Position numbers and translations under genes: made by a program | Source: Anthoceros angustus | Lineage: Eukaryota; Plantae; Anthocerotophyta | NCBI GenBank assembly: GCA_010909165.1 | Contig: MU008155.1 | Coordinates: 682,001 to 746,000 of the forward strand | DNA: 64,000 bases | Direction of reading: 5' to 3' | The notes under the pieces: generated by a model | Database searches by the model: none | What the model saw: only the letters and a program-made list of their open reading frames with translations | Told to the model about the DNA's origin: nothing | Shown here: piece after piece, positions 24,201 to 33,900 of the stretch | Layout: every line of letters begins with the position of its first letter | Position numbering within the stretch: position 1 is the stretch's first letter

Positions 24201-24555
24201 TCAGAGAGATGGCAATATAGCAGTCCATGTACACCAGAACTCCCAGAGCCTCAACGGCCTCAGTCAACTGCCCCTGCTGACATAATTTGCTCATGGTCTC
24301 GGCCATTACCCCACCTTCGTATCCTGCAGGCCCGCTAGAGTCACTCTCCGTTCCACCCATGTGCACATTCGGAGCAGGTAGCTGGGCATCCACCGGAGCT
24401 GGCCTATCGAAATTGTCCAGCCACCGGACATTTTGGAAATCCCTGTGCCGGAAATCCAGCCACCAGGAACTCTTCTTATGTTGCGTTGTGGATGCTGAAG
24501 CATTTTTCGCCACAAGAGCTCCTGGTAGCTGGAAGACCCGTCTCCAGCCAACCAT
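21247..24555 (-). CDS. PLS-class PPR RNA-editing factor with E1/E2 and a WW-type PG box, truncated before the DYW domain
   Basis: Uninterrupted ORF (first in-frame ATG at 24555) with about 7 P-L-S triplets of ~104 aa, then HYSCMVDLLGRAG, the E domain and KQPGQSWWTDMGGVVHCFFVGDK, then a stop. Confidence 0.92.
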   Translation of the reverse strand: MVGWRRVFQLPGALVAKNASASTTQHKKSSWWLDFRHRDFQNVRWLDNFDRPAPVDAQLPAPNVHMGGTESDSSGPAGYEGGVMAETMSKLCQQGQLTEAVEALGVLVYMDCYIAISLIYAVLKECVAKKDLPLGRLVHALTVKKGYESDTFLCNHILRMYSSHARLQEALDVFLMVATPDAFTWSAIISAHVKHGQDKEAIELYYRMRRSGVKPDGYVFVAALQACARGADLKSGQQVHADLLASGLERNLFVSSCLVDMYAKCGSLEESRRVFDGLDKKNVVTWNAMIAGYSQQGMGQEALRLYHAMQEEGLAASDSVTFVSLLQACASVGILALEKGKQLHAQIGEQGLELDVFVASSLVNMYAKCGSLEDARNVFDRIAKKNVETWNAMIAGYSKQRMGEKALHLYRAMREEGIVTPSSVTFVCLLQACASVGAPALENGKQLHAEIRGNGLHSDVLVANSLVNMYAKCGSLEGARGVFHGLAQKDVVTWNAMIAGYFQHGMGQQALCVYDAMQEEAIVAPDSVTFVCLLQACACLGPPALEKGKQIHTQIIGQGLEADIFVGSSVVSMYAKCGSLQDARTVFDGLGRKDAVTWSAMIAGYSQQNLGQEALHLYCAMQEEGIAAPDSVTFVSLLQACASVGTLALEKGKQLHAQTREQGLEADVFVANSLVSMYAKCGSLEDAQGVFEGLVQKDVVTWNAMIAGYSQQAMGQEALCLYQAMQERGMAASDSVTLVSLLQACASVGTLGLDRGKQLHAQIRELGLEADVFVAGSVVNMYVKCGSLKSARSVFDELHDKNVVTWSVMIAGYSQQGFGPEALSLYKAMQEEGLVAPNSVTFVSLLQACAGMAALHVGRQLHAQIKEQELEGDMLVAGGLINMYGKCGSMVDAQLVFEALPEKDAVIWNALIAGYTRQGESEDVFDLVLKMRQDGIQPDDVTFLSVLTVCSHTGLVNKGREYFEAMPAHHGITPRTDHYSCMVDLLGRAGQLDEALALVRTMPVLPGASVWHTLLSACSKWSNVEVGRHAFDEAVTLDKKDAAAYVMMSNIYRGAQMWEQAQEMQARRVRMRAWKQPGQSWWTDMGGVVHCFFVGDKIASQQ

Positions 24556-24979
24556 CCTCTTGGACCAGCTGGTTTTCTTGCTATGTTTTGCACCATGCAA
24601 CTTCGTGGTCTGCCAGTGCTTCGTTCCTGGAAGGTATTGCTAGAATACCTGCTGACTTCACAGGCAGCCATGGCCTGGCAGCATCACACGCTGAATCTAT
24701 GAATGCATTTCTACAGCGCACAGGAGGTTGGGCGAGAGGAGGAGGTACCTCAAGCTCACCTACATAGAAACGCATCGTATGCCAGGCTGTTTGCAGATGC
24801 CATCACATCGACAGGAGCATGCCATAGGAGAGAGGTCCAATTCCAGAACAGTCCATCTTCCACGGTTTAGAGTCAGCATCGTATCATGGGGAGACGTTCC
24901 ACCGAACAGTCCTGACACGTCGTAGAATAATACCACCCCAAAGATAAACTTGAAGTATAAACTGATTTTGAGGTAGAAG

Positions 24980-26708
24980 GGAAAGAAGACTTTATTATAA
25001 AACAGAGATGGGAAAAACCCATCCACCCTAAAAACAAAGGGCACCATGCCAGGGGGACTAGCCCCATGATCACGCATTTCAAAACTACCAATCGCCCGAA
25101 GAAGAACTTCGTAGTGAGGGATGTGAAAAGGCCTACTTACCACCGATGTCGAAGAAGCTGCAACTCCCGCGCTCGCTGTCGTTCTATATACTGCGTTAGC
25201 CAACGCCCTCTGCAGAGCGATGGAAACCCTCTGCCGGAAGAAAGCAACGATACAAGAAAGGGGGAGGCCAACCCCATTCCTACGGCTATGATAAGCCTTG
25301 GCACAGGCCTTGACGAACCTAGAGAAATCCTTGCCCATGGCTCCGTGAGTCTCAATGGCAAGGGGGACGAAGGCGTGGCCGTCCTGCATAGGAGAGTACT
25401 TGTGGACCTTAGCCGTCGCGCATCCCTCCGCCGCCCAACCTGGGGGGTAAGAATAACATGTTCGCACACACTCTCCCGGGTGGGATCGGTTACCACCACA
25501 TCAGCAACCGAAACCCGGGATCGGTTACCACCACATCAGCAACCGAAACCTGATGATCCCCGGGTCAAAAATAGGTCTACCCTAAGCGAAACCCCCGTTG
25601 AGCAAGGTGTAAGGGCGCTCCCTAAATGGAAGGAACCCGCCTTCCCTAGGAATAGAGAACATGACGTCCTAGACGGCGTCATGTGTAGCGATACGCTGCC
25701 CACCCGCGGGACAGTGAGCCAAGTGCGTCCCAAAGTCATCAAGAGGGGCCCCGCAGCTACAAGTTGAAAGAGAGCAAGCCAGAGGATGGACCAAGCCAAG
25801 GCGAAAACGCATCGCGGTAGAAAAAGTTGTTGGTGCAATGCGGAACGCCTGAATACTAGGTCGAGCCAGAAGCCATGAACTTGCCCTCTTTCTTGAGCAA
25901 GAGCGGAGACGAGCCCAAGTGGGCCTAGGAATGGAGGAATCCCGGAGGAGGGCCAAACTGCGCCTGCCCCTTACTGTTTCTCCTGGGACGCCTAAAGACC
26001 CCGGAGCCCAACCTCGGAAAGCGAGGAAAAAGACGGCGTATTAGCCCTCGCCTCGAAGGATAAAGAGTCCCTGGCTAATCTTAGTGAGGCCTGCATAGCA
26101 AAAGTCCCCTCCTCAACGCCCGCGACAAAAGCCTCCAAGATATGTGAATGCCGAATTAAGAACCGGGAGGACAAGATGGGGGCACAGAGAGCCCAGCTCC
26201 CTAAGAAAGCCGCTAGCGCGGAGGCCTCCATGGCCAGCAAACCAGTGCCCCCAAAAGCGATGGGAAGGAACGCCGGCCGCTTCGCAAGATCCCCGGCTGC
26301 ACACTCGAAGGTGCGTGGGCCGATGATGTGGCCTAAAACCTGCATAAGCCGCTTGTCGAAATTCCTTAGGCTAGACAAGAAAACCGGGGAGGGGGCAACC
26401 GTTTGAAGAAGGTACCCTGGCCGGCGCACAAAACAAAAGCAGAGGATCCCAAACGCCACTTGCGGGTCTCCCACTTGAGAAATGTCGTCAATGTGCGCCA
26501 AATCCTCAGCCAAAGCCACGCGCGTCCACATAATCGTGGGTGAAGGCAAGAGGCCCAATCGCGACACCAAGAACCCCTGCGGAGAAGCAATATCCCCCTC
26601 CGGATACCGGAGAAAAGGCGCAACGCCAGAGGACCAAACCTTGCATTTGATGATTTTGACCTTCAAACCGAGGCGGGAGAGCTCTGAAGCGAAGAACTCA
26701 AACGCTAC
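24980..26708 (-). mobile_element. 5'-truncated CRE-like non-LTR retrotransposon (RT C-terminus, zinc knuckle, restriction-like endonuclease), decayed; 13-bp TSD TTTGAGGTAGAAG at 24967-24979 and 26709-26721
   Basis: Peptides GLKVKIIKCKVW, AFLPIAFGGTGL, AAFLGSW, MRFRLG, CSCGAPLDDFGTHLAHC, RIATHDAV, RVDL..ADVVVTDP..AKVHKY, FVPLAIETHGAMG and RQRVSIALQRA. AATAAA lies near the 3' end, with a perfect flanking direct repeat and an internal 35-bp duplication at ~25482-25550. Confidence 0.85.
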
Positions 26709-26900
26709 TTTGAGGTAGAAGAAGAAGATCAATTATTTTTTTATTTTTGAACATCATGGGAATTGAAATGAAAAAAAGTACATATGTTGGAATAAAAATT
26801 TTCTGAACTATTTATGTAGTCTAAGCTAAAATTGAAACTATATAAAATATTTTAAGACTATCTAGACTAAGCTAAAATCAAAACCCTAGGTTAGACTATG

Positions 26901-28043
26901 CTATATTCTCCTAGAAAGTATTCGTTTAATACATCTGCCCTTGTTTAACATCCTAATTTTTTTCTTAAAGTAATCAAGTATTTCCTTTTTGTTAACTTGT
27001 GTCTCTTCAGTGTCCATATATATTTTTTCAATAAACCATTTATGCGTTTTTATAAATGGAATAGTGATACGAAATCTTGGGTCAACTTCTAGTATCATTA
27101 CTAGTAGGTCAATACAAAGAAAAGAAAGTTCATCAATTAATTGAAGCGCATGCTCACAAACTATAAAATTATCACCCTTTTGAATAAAAAGATGAGCGCC
27201 CGTTACCATTAGAAACAAGGTTACTCCAGCGGACCATATATCACATGGCGCACCTTTATATTTAAATCCAAAATATATCTCGGGAGCCATGTATCTTTTC
27301 GTTCCACAAAACTTGGTATATTCAGTGCTTGAATTCCCTCGGCAAGAATGTCCAAAATCTGCAATCCTTAAACCAAAGTCTTCATTCATTAATAAATTTC
27401 CTAGTTTAATATCGCGATGAAAAATACCTTTATTGTGGCAATCTTCTAAACCATAAATAATTTGCCGAAAAAAATGTCTAGAAACGTCTTCATCTAAGGC
27501 ACCTCGATGTTGAATAAAGTTCCATAATGAACCGCCTCGCATTAGTTCTTGAATCAAAAATACATTTTTACCAAACATATATGCATTGTGTAATTTTAGT
27601 ATGTTTGGGTGGTCTAACAATTTTAAACATTCGACTTCATATTTTATTTGCTCCATTGTAATTTGATTATTAACATCATGATAGATCTTGATAGCCACTG
27701 CTTCATTGGTGATAATATGTCTTCCAAGCATGACTTGTGCTTGACCACCCTTCCCTAATTCGGTTTCTGTGATTTGATAATTATCAATTGTAAGAACTTC
27801 GTTATTACATGTGTTGACGACCACTGCTTCATTGGTAATAATATCTCTTCCAAACATGACTTGTGCATGAACATCATTCCCTAATGTTGTTCCATTGATT
27901 TGTTCATTATCAACTATCTTCACTTCCCAACTACGTGCTTTGTGACATTTACTCTCTTTCAAACTCTCAAGCATATTGTCAGTTCTTAGAACATTTTCGC
28001 TATTCCACTCCTTAATTTGACCTTCTCTAAGTCTCTTTGGCAT
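26901..28043 (-). CDS. Intronless AT-rich Ser/Thr protein kinase (CAMK-group, SnRK/CIPK/MARK-like) with duplicated N-lobe segment
   Basis: 380-aa ORF with GKGGQA, VAIK, HRDIKLGN, IADFG, CGT..YMAPE, DIWSAG and the subdomain-XI Arg all intact. Confidence 0.88.
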   Translation of the reverse strand: MPKRLREGQIKEWNSENVLRTDNMLESLKESKCHKARSWEVKIVDNEQINGTTLGNDVHAQVMFGRDIITNEAVVVNTCNNEVLTIDNYQITETELGKGGQAQVMLGRHIITNEAVAIKIYHDVNNQITMEQIKYEVECLKLLDHPNILKLHNAYMFGKNVFLIQELMRGGSLWNFIQHRGALDEDVSRHFFRQIIYGLEDCHNKGIFHRDIKLGNLLMNEDFGLRIADFGHSCRGNSSTEYTKFCGTKRYMAPEIYFGFKYKGAPCDIWSAGVTLFLMVTGAHLFIQKGDNFIVCEHALQLIDELSFLCIDLLVMILEVDPRFRITIPFIKTHKWFIEKIYMDTEETQVNKKEILDYFKKKIRMLNKGRCIKRILSRRI

Positions 28044-28189
28044 CTTGAATTATTTGTCAAATGACCAACTTTTGCAAGAGACCTTCAATAGTCCTTCCCC
28101 TTTCTCGTGCAAAAGTAAAATCTTTATAGAGTAAAGTGAACTTTTTATTTCCTTAAACTAAAGTAGAAGAAAAAACTCTTATACATAGA

Positions 28190-28480
28190 CCTTGCGGAGC
28201 ACTAGACCTTTGTAAAGTAAAATAAAGTCTTAGATAGAGAGACCACAAGACCTTTGTAAAGTAAAGTAAAGTCTTAGATCGAGAAATCGCAAGACCTTTA
28301 TAATATGAAAAAAATCTCAAATAAAGAAGAGACCACGCGACCTTTTTAAAGTTGAAGTGAAAGAAAGTCTTTGATAGAGAGACTACAAGACCTTCATAGA
28401 GTTAAAGTGAAAGACAGCTCTATATATGTAGTGAGACTACGAGACCTTTATAAAACTAAAGTGAAAGAAAGTCTTATATA
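28190..28480. repeat. Array of ~6 degenerate 44-55 bp units (GAGACYACAAGACCTTT..AAAGT..AAAGTCTT) upstream of the kinase
   Basis: The AGACCTT core recurs near 28204, 28248, 28292, 28339, 28388 and 28442. Confidence 0.8.
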
Positions 28481-29117
28481 TGGGTTGTTGTGGGATGAAT
28501 CTTTCTAAACATAGAAATGACATAGGATGAATCCTTCTAAACATGGAAGTCGTTTCGAAATGGGTGGACTGAAAAATTTCTTCTTGTTGTTCTTCAACCC
28601 AATTCTAATCAATAGAAAATATTTGGAATGCATGGACACCACTCATAAGCAACAATCTATGGGCCCACAAGGATCTCAAAAGGAACATAAGTCTCTCCTT
28701 GACAGATGGATGGATGGATAATGAGCTCTAAATATATTATTATGATTATTAATTGTATGTTTATAATAATAAGTAGCGGTTAAACAAGAATGGAATGCAA
28801 TAGGTGCAAGCATACGAGCTTTTTCGCAGAAGCGAACAAAGGGTTGAAGACTAGAGTGTAAGGCCAATCAGGTCAAGAAGCAATTACCCTTGCTCGGCTT
28901 GAAAGCGTCAGCGCTTCTTCACTTACGGGTCAAACTCAAATCTAGAGAGTGAGTGGCGAATTCAACTACATATTAGAAGATAAGACAAGTCAAATATCTT
29001 TTTCATAATCGACTTACTTGGAGTCACAAAGAGAGACCAAGGAGCATATCAAAAGAAGGGAAAAAAGTTGTATCAATAGCTATGGGTAAAAGTAGTTTCA
29101 TAAATTGTTTTGGTATT

Positions 29118-29447
29118 GCTGTAATGCTGTGTCTGTAATCTTATATGCGGTAATCTTACATGCGGTGTCCTTCCTTTCCAAGATTTTGAAAATTTCCAGA
29201 TTTGGTTAGAAGAGTTTCTTGACTTAAGTAGTTTTCTGCATGGCTAAGTACTATAACTTCACTTATGGCTACTAATCGAATCAAACTAGAAAGCTGTAAT
29301 GTTGTGTCTGGAATCTTATATGCGTTGTCCTTCCTTTCCAGGATTTTGGAAATTTCTAGGTTTGGTTAGAAGAGTTTCTTGACTTAAGTAGTTTTTTGCA
29401 CGGCTAAGTACTATAACTTCACTTATGGCTACTAATCGAATCAAATT
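29118..29447. repeat. ~160-175 bp tandem duplication in the AT-rich island
   Basis: gctgtaatg..tgtccttcctttcca..gacttaagtag..ctactaatcgaatcaaa occurs twice. Confidence 0.9.
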
Positions 29448-30001
29448 ACAAAGAAAAGACAAAATAGGAGCGTAGCCCCTTCTTAAGATCCCTCATGCGG
29501 CATAATGGGGGGTCTTAAGAAAAGCCTTTATGTATGGCTTGTGCGTCGCTTCGTGAATAGGCTCGAGAGGTGGCGGCCGCCCAGGCACTTTATTCACAAG
29601 AGGCGCCCGTCCACTAGGGAGGGTAAAGCTTGGATTTTGATGAATTTTGACTCTTCACCCTACTGCTCGACTCTCTCTATTATTTATTTAAATAGGTTAT
29701 TTTCTTCATAATCACTAATGTTGACAGCAATCTTCTCACACTAGAATGCTCAGATTAAAAGGCTTATTTCTAGACACTAAAGAGAGCACAGACCAACCTT
29801 CAAGAAACAGCAGCACAGCACGCTCAGGCTAATGACAAGTATACCAAAAACCGAAAGACCTTATCTTTCATTTGTTTGGGAAAAGATACCAAAAACACAA
29901 AACATTAGTTGTGTTTAGTACACCAAGCATGCAGTTCTGTGTAAACTGTCATATTTTATGACAGAAGTTCGCTTCTGTCTCAAGCGGACCATTCAGGCTT
30001 C

Positions 30002-30108
30002 AAGTTCAAGTCTCAAATAATCCGAAGGCATTTATGAGAATGCCGAGGTGAGGCTTTAAGTTCAAGTCTCAAATAATCCGAAGGCATTTGTGAGAATGCC
30101 GAGGTGAG
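30002..30108. repeat. ~56-bp tandem duplication
   Basis: aagttcaagtctcaaataatccgaaggcattt.tgagaatgccgaggtgag occurs twice. Confidence 0.9.
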
Positions 30109-30204
30109 CCTACGACAACCGATGACATACGATAGCTTGTAAAGGCAGCGCACAAGGCAGAATTTACGTTATTCATAACGCGAAGCGCACTCAATTCATA
30201 AAGA

Positions 30205-30520
30205 TTAGAAGCTATTATGCTCTTTATTCACTATGTACGCATAGGGGAACGAGCACATAACGAAATATGGGTATAAGAACCCCAAGAAGTGAAGGCCGCA
30301 CTGTAATGGCACGGATAGGGTCGATCGGAAAAGGTCTACGAATCGGTGGCATCCTGCCAAGAACCTCTCGTGGTGGTTCAGAAGTCCGGAGACCGTCCAA
30401 GGGCCTACGGATTCCAACGCCAAAAAGGAACTAGCCCTTGCTTCCGCACAATGGCCCCTAGCCGTAAGGCAGGTCACTACCAAGTCCGGCACGAGGATTC
30501 CAGGCGTGGTTGGTGTGATG
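30205..30520 (-). mobile_element. Second, more decayed 3'-end fragment of a CRE-like RLE retrotransposon
   Basis: The ORF reads PDLVVT...FLALESVGPW...FRSTLSVPLQCG, paralleling ADVVVT/PLAIETHG/RQRVSIALQR of the first copy, followed by AATAAA. Confidence 0.55.
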
Positions 30521-30974
30521 GGAGTGTAGTTTGTGGGGAGTCACTATCCGGCAAGGTATATATGTACATATGTATACAAGAGTTGCAGTCCTTCCCAGGA
30601 TTTACTAGCAGTTCTGGCCGCGCCTACATGGATGCACTTCCTTTCCATCACACCCTGCTACTGCACTAAAAAAAAATCCGACTCCAGATGTGGCCCCCTA
30701 AACCCTCACGTGCTTCCTCTCCTCACCTGCATCTTTGACGTTTAGAACAGGAGAGTCTGTCTTGCCCATTTCGAACATGCTTGCTGCTTGTCGGACAGGG
30801 CCCGACTACCTACGATTTCCGACGTGGCAGGTCCACCTTGGGGGCCTTGTACAAGCAATTAGTGATTAGCCAGCTCATCGCTGTGACGGAAAAACGATGT
30901 ACCTAATTTCCCATCTTTGAGATATCTCCCAGGGACCCATCCGTATTGCATCTCGGAAGAAGTTCTCCCATGCT

Positions 30975-33900
30975 TCAATCCCACCTTTGCTTCTTATCCC
31001 CGACCAAAAAACTATGCACCACTCCATCCATGTCTGCCCACCAGCTCTGCCCTGGCTGCTTCGACGCCCTGATTCTTGTTCTCCTCTCCTGAATTTCTTG
31101 TGCCTGCTCCCACATGTGTGCACCGCGGTATATGTTTGCCATCAACAGATGTGCTGCAGCGTCATGGAAAGCATGACGTCCCCCCTCCACGTTGCTCCAC
31201 TTCTTACAAGCAGCCAACACAGCATGCCAAACTGCAGCACCATGCAGTACAGGCATTGTCCTAACGAAAGCCAGTGCCTCATCTAGTTGTTCAGCACGAC
31301 CCAGAAGATCCACCATGCACGTGCAGTGGTCCTCCGAGGGAGTGATGCCATCCTGCCTGCTCATTACCTCAAAGTACTCACGCCCCTGGCTCACTAGACC
31401 CGTATGATTGCAAACTGTTAGCACACTGAGGAATGTGATCCCGTCTCTCATTCTGGGGCACAAGTTTAACACAGCTTCACTGTCCGCCAGACAGGCGAAG
31501 CCTGGCATAAGTGCATTCCAGGCAACAACATCGCTTTCAAGCAATGCGTCGAACACATCCTGCGCCTCACCACACTTCCCGTACATGTTTATCAAACTGC
31601 TGGCTACAAGCACATCAGCTTGAAGCCCTTTCTCTTTGATCTGTACATGAGGCTGCCTTCCCAGATGCAAAGCTTGCCACACTTGCACACGCCTGCAGGA
31701 GACACACAAATGTCACAGAATTGGGTGAAACACTACCTTCCTCTTGCATATCCCTGTAAAGAACAAGGGCTTCCTGGCCCATGCACTGCTGGGAATATCC
31801 TGCTATCATGGCATTCCATGTCACCACGTCTTTCTGAGTGACTCTGTCAAAAGCATCCATTTGTGCATGAAGCTCCATTCCCTTCTCCAAACCCAGGGTC
31901 CGCACAATTGCGCATGCCTGCAGGAGGGTCACAAATGTTGCAGAATCAGGTGCAGCCATGCCTTTTGCTTGCATATCCTTGTACACACCAAAGGCTTCCT
32001 CTCCCATATTGTGCTGGGAATATCCTGCTATCATGGCACTCCAGGTCACCACATTCTTGTGACCAAGTCCGTCAAACGCACCCCGAGCATCCACTAGGCT
32101 GCCACACTTTGCATGCATGTTAACTAAACTGCTAGCTACAAACTCATGAGGCTGGCACCCGTGTTCCTTAATTTGTACATGACGCTGCTTTCCCGTCTCC
32201 AAAGCCAGAGTGCCCAACTGTGCACAAGCCTGAAGGAGGCACACAAATGTCACATCGCTTGGTGCAACCTTAGCTTGTTCCTGCATTTCATGGTAAAGAG
32301 AAAGCCGCATGCCCTGCTGAGAATACCCTGCTATCATGGCATTCCACGCCACCAGATTCTTTTCGGCAAGTCCGTCAAATACATCCTGTGCATCCTCCAC
32401 ACTGCCGCACTTAGCATACATGTTTAGGAAGCTGTTGGCTACAATCACATCTGCTTGAAGCCCTTGTTCTCTAGTTAGTGCATGGAGCTGCTTCCCCGCC
32501 TCCAAAGCTGAGCCCCCACTTGCACACGCCTGCAGGAGACACACAAATGTCACAGAATTGGGTGAAACACTACCTTCCTCTTGCATATCCCTGTAAAGAA
32601 CAAGGGCTTCCTGGCCCATGCACTGCTGGGAATATCCTGCTATCATGGCATTCCATGTCACCACGTCTTTCTGAGTGACTCTGTCAAAAGCATCCATTTG
32701 TGCATGAAGCTCCATTCCCTTCTCCAAACCCAGGGTCCGCACAATTGCGCATGCCTGCAGGAGGGTCACAAATGTTGCAGAATCAGGTGCAGCCATGCCT
32801 TTTGCTTGCATATCCTTGTACACACCAAAGGCTTCCTCTCCCATATTGTGCTGGGAATATCCTGCTATCATGGCACTCCAGGTCACCACATTCTTGTGAC
32901 CAAGTCCGTCAAACGCACCCCGAGCATCCACTAGGCTGCCACACTTTGCATGCATGTTAACTAAACTGCTAGCTACAAACTCATGAGGCTGGCACCCGTG
33001 TTCCTTAATTTGTACATGACGCTGCTTTCCCGTCTCCAAAGCCAGAGTGCCCAACTGTGCACAAGCCTGAAGGAGGCACACAAATGTCACATCGCTTGGT
33101 GCAACCTTAGCTTGTTCCTGCATTTCATGGTAAAGAGAAAGCCGCATGCCCTGCTGAGAATACCCTGCTATCATGGCATTCCACGCCACCAGATTCTTTT
33201 CGGCAAGTCCGTCAAATACATCCTGTGCATCCTCCACACTGCCGCACTTAGCATACATGTTTAGGAAGCTGTTGGCTACAATCACATCTGCTTGAAGCCC
33301 TTGTTCTCTAGTTAGTGCATGGAGCTGCTTCCCCGCCTCCAAAGCTGAGCCCCCACACTTGCACATGCCTGCAGAAGGGACACAAATGCCCCGGTATTAT
33401 TAGATGTGACAATGCCTTCCTCTTGCATAGCACTGTAGAGAACCAGGGCTTCGTGCCCCATGCCCTTCTGGGAATATCCTGCTATCATAGCATTCCACCT
33501 CACCACATCTTTCTGCAGAAGTCCATCAAAAACACGCTGGGCATCCTCTAGGCTGCCGCACGTCGAATAAATGTGTACCAGGCTACTGGCTACAAACTCA
33601 TCAGGCTGAAGTGCCCGTTCTCTAACTCGTGCATGAAGCTGCTTACCCTTCTCCAGAGCCGGGGGTCCCACATCTGCACATGCCTGCAGGAGGGACACAA
33701 ATGTCACAGCATCGGGTGCAGCTATGCCTTCTTCTCGCATGGCATTATAAAGACGAAGTGCTTCATGTCCCATTCCCTGCTGAAAATATCCTGCTATCAT
33801 GGCATTCCATGTCACCACATCTTTCTCAGGAAGTCCGTCAAACACACACCGAGCATCTTCTAGACTGCCACACTTTGCATACACGTTGACCAAACTGTTG

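Noticed and set aside
28190-28480. CRISPR-like appearance of the repeat array
   Set aside because: Units are degenerate tandem copies without unique spacers, the context is eukaryotic and there are no cas genes.
24860-29800. Helitron or TIR boundaries for the AT-rich island
   Set aside because: No convincing 5'-TC / hairpin-CTRR-3' at an A|T site, and no terminal inverted repeat found by eye.
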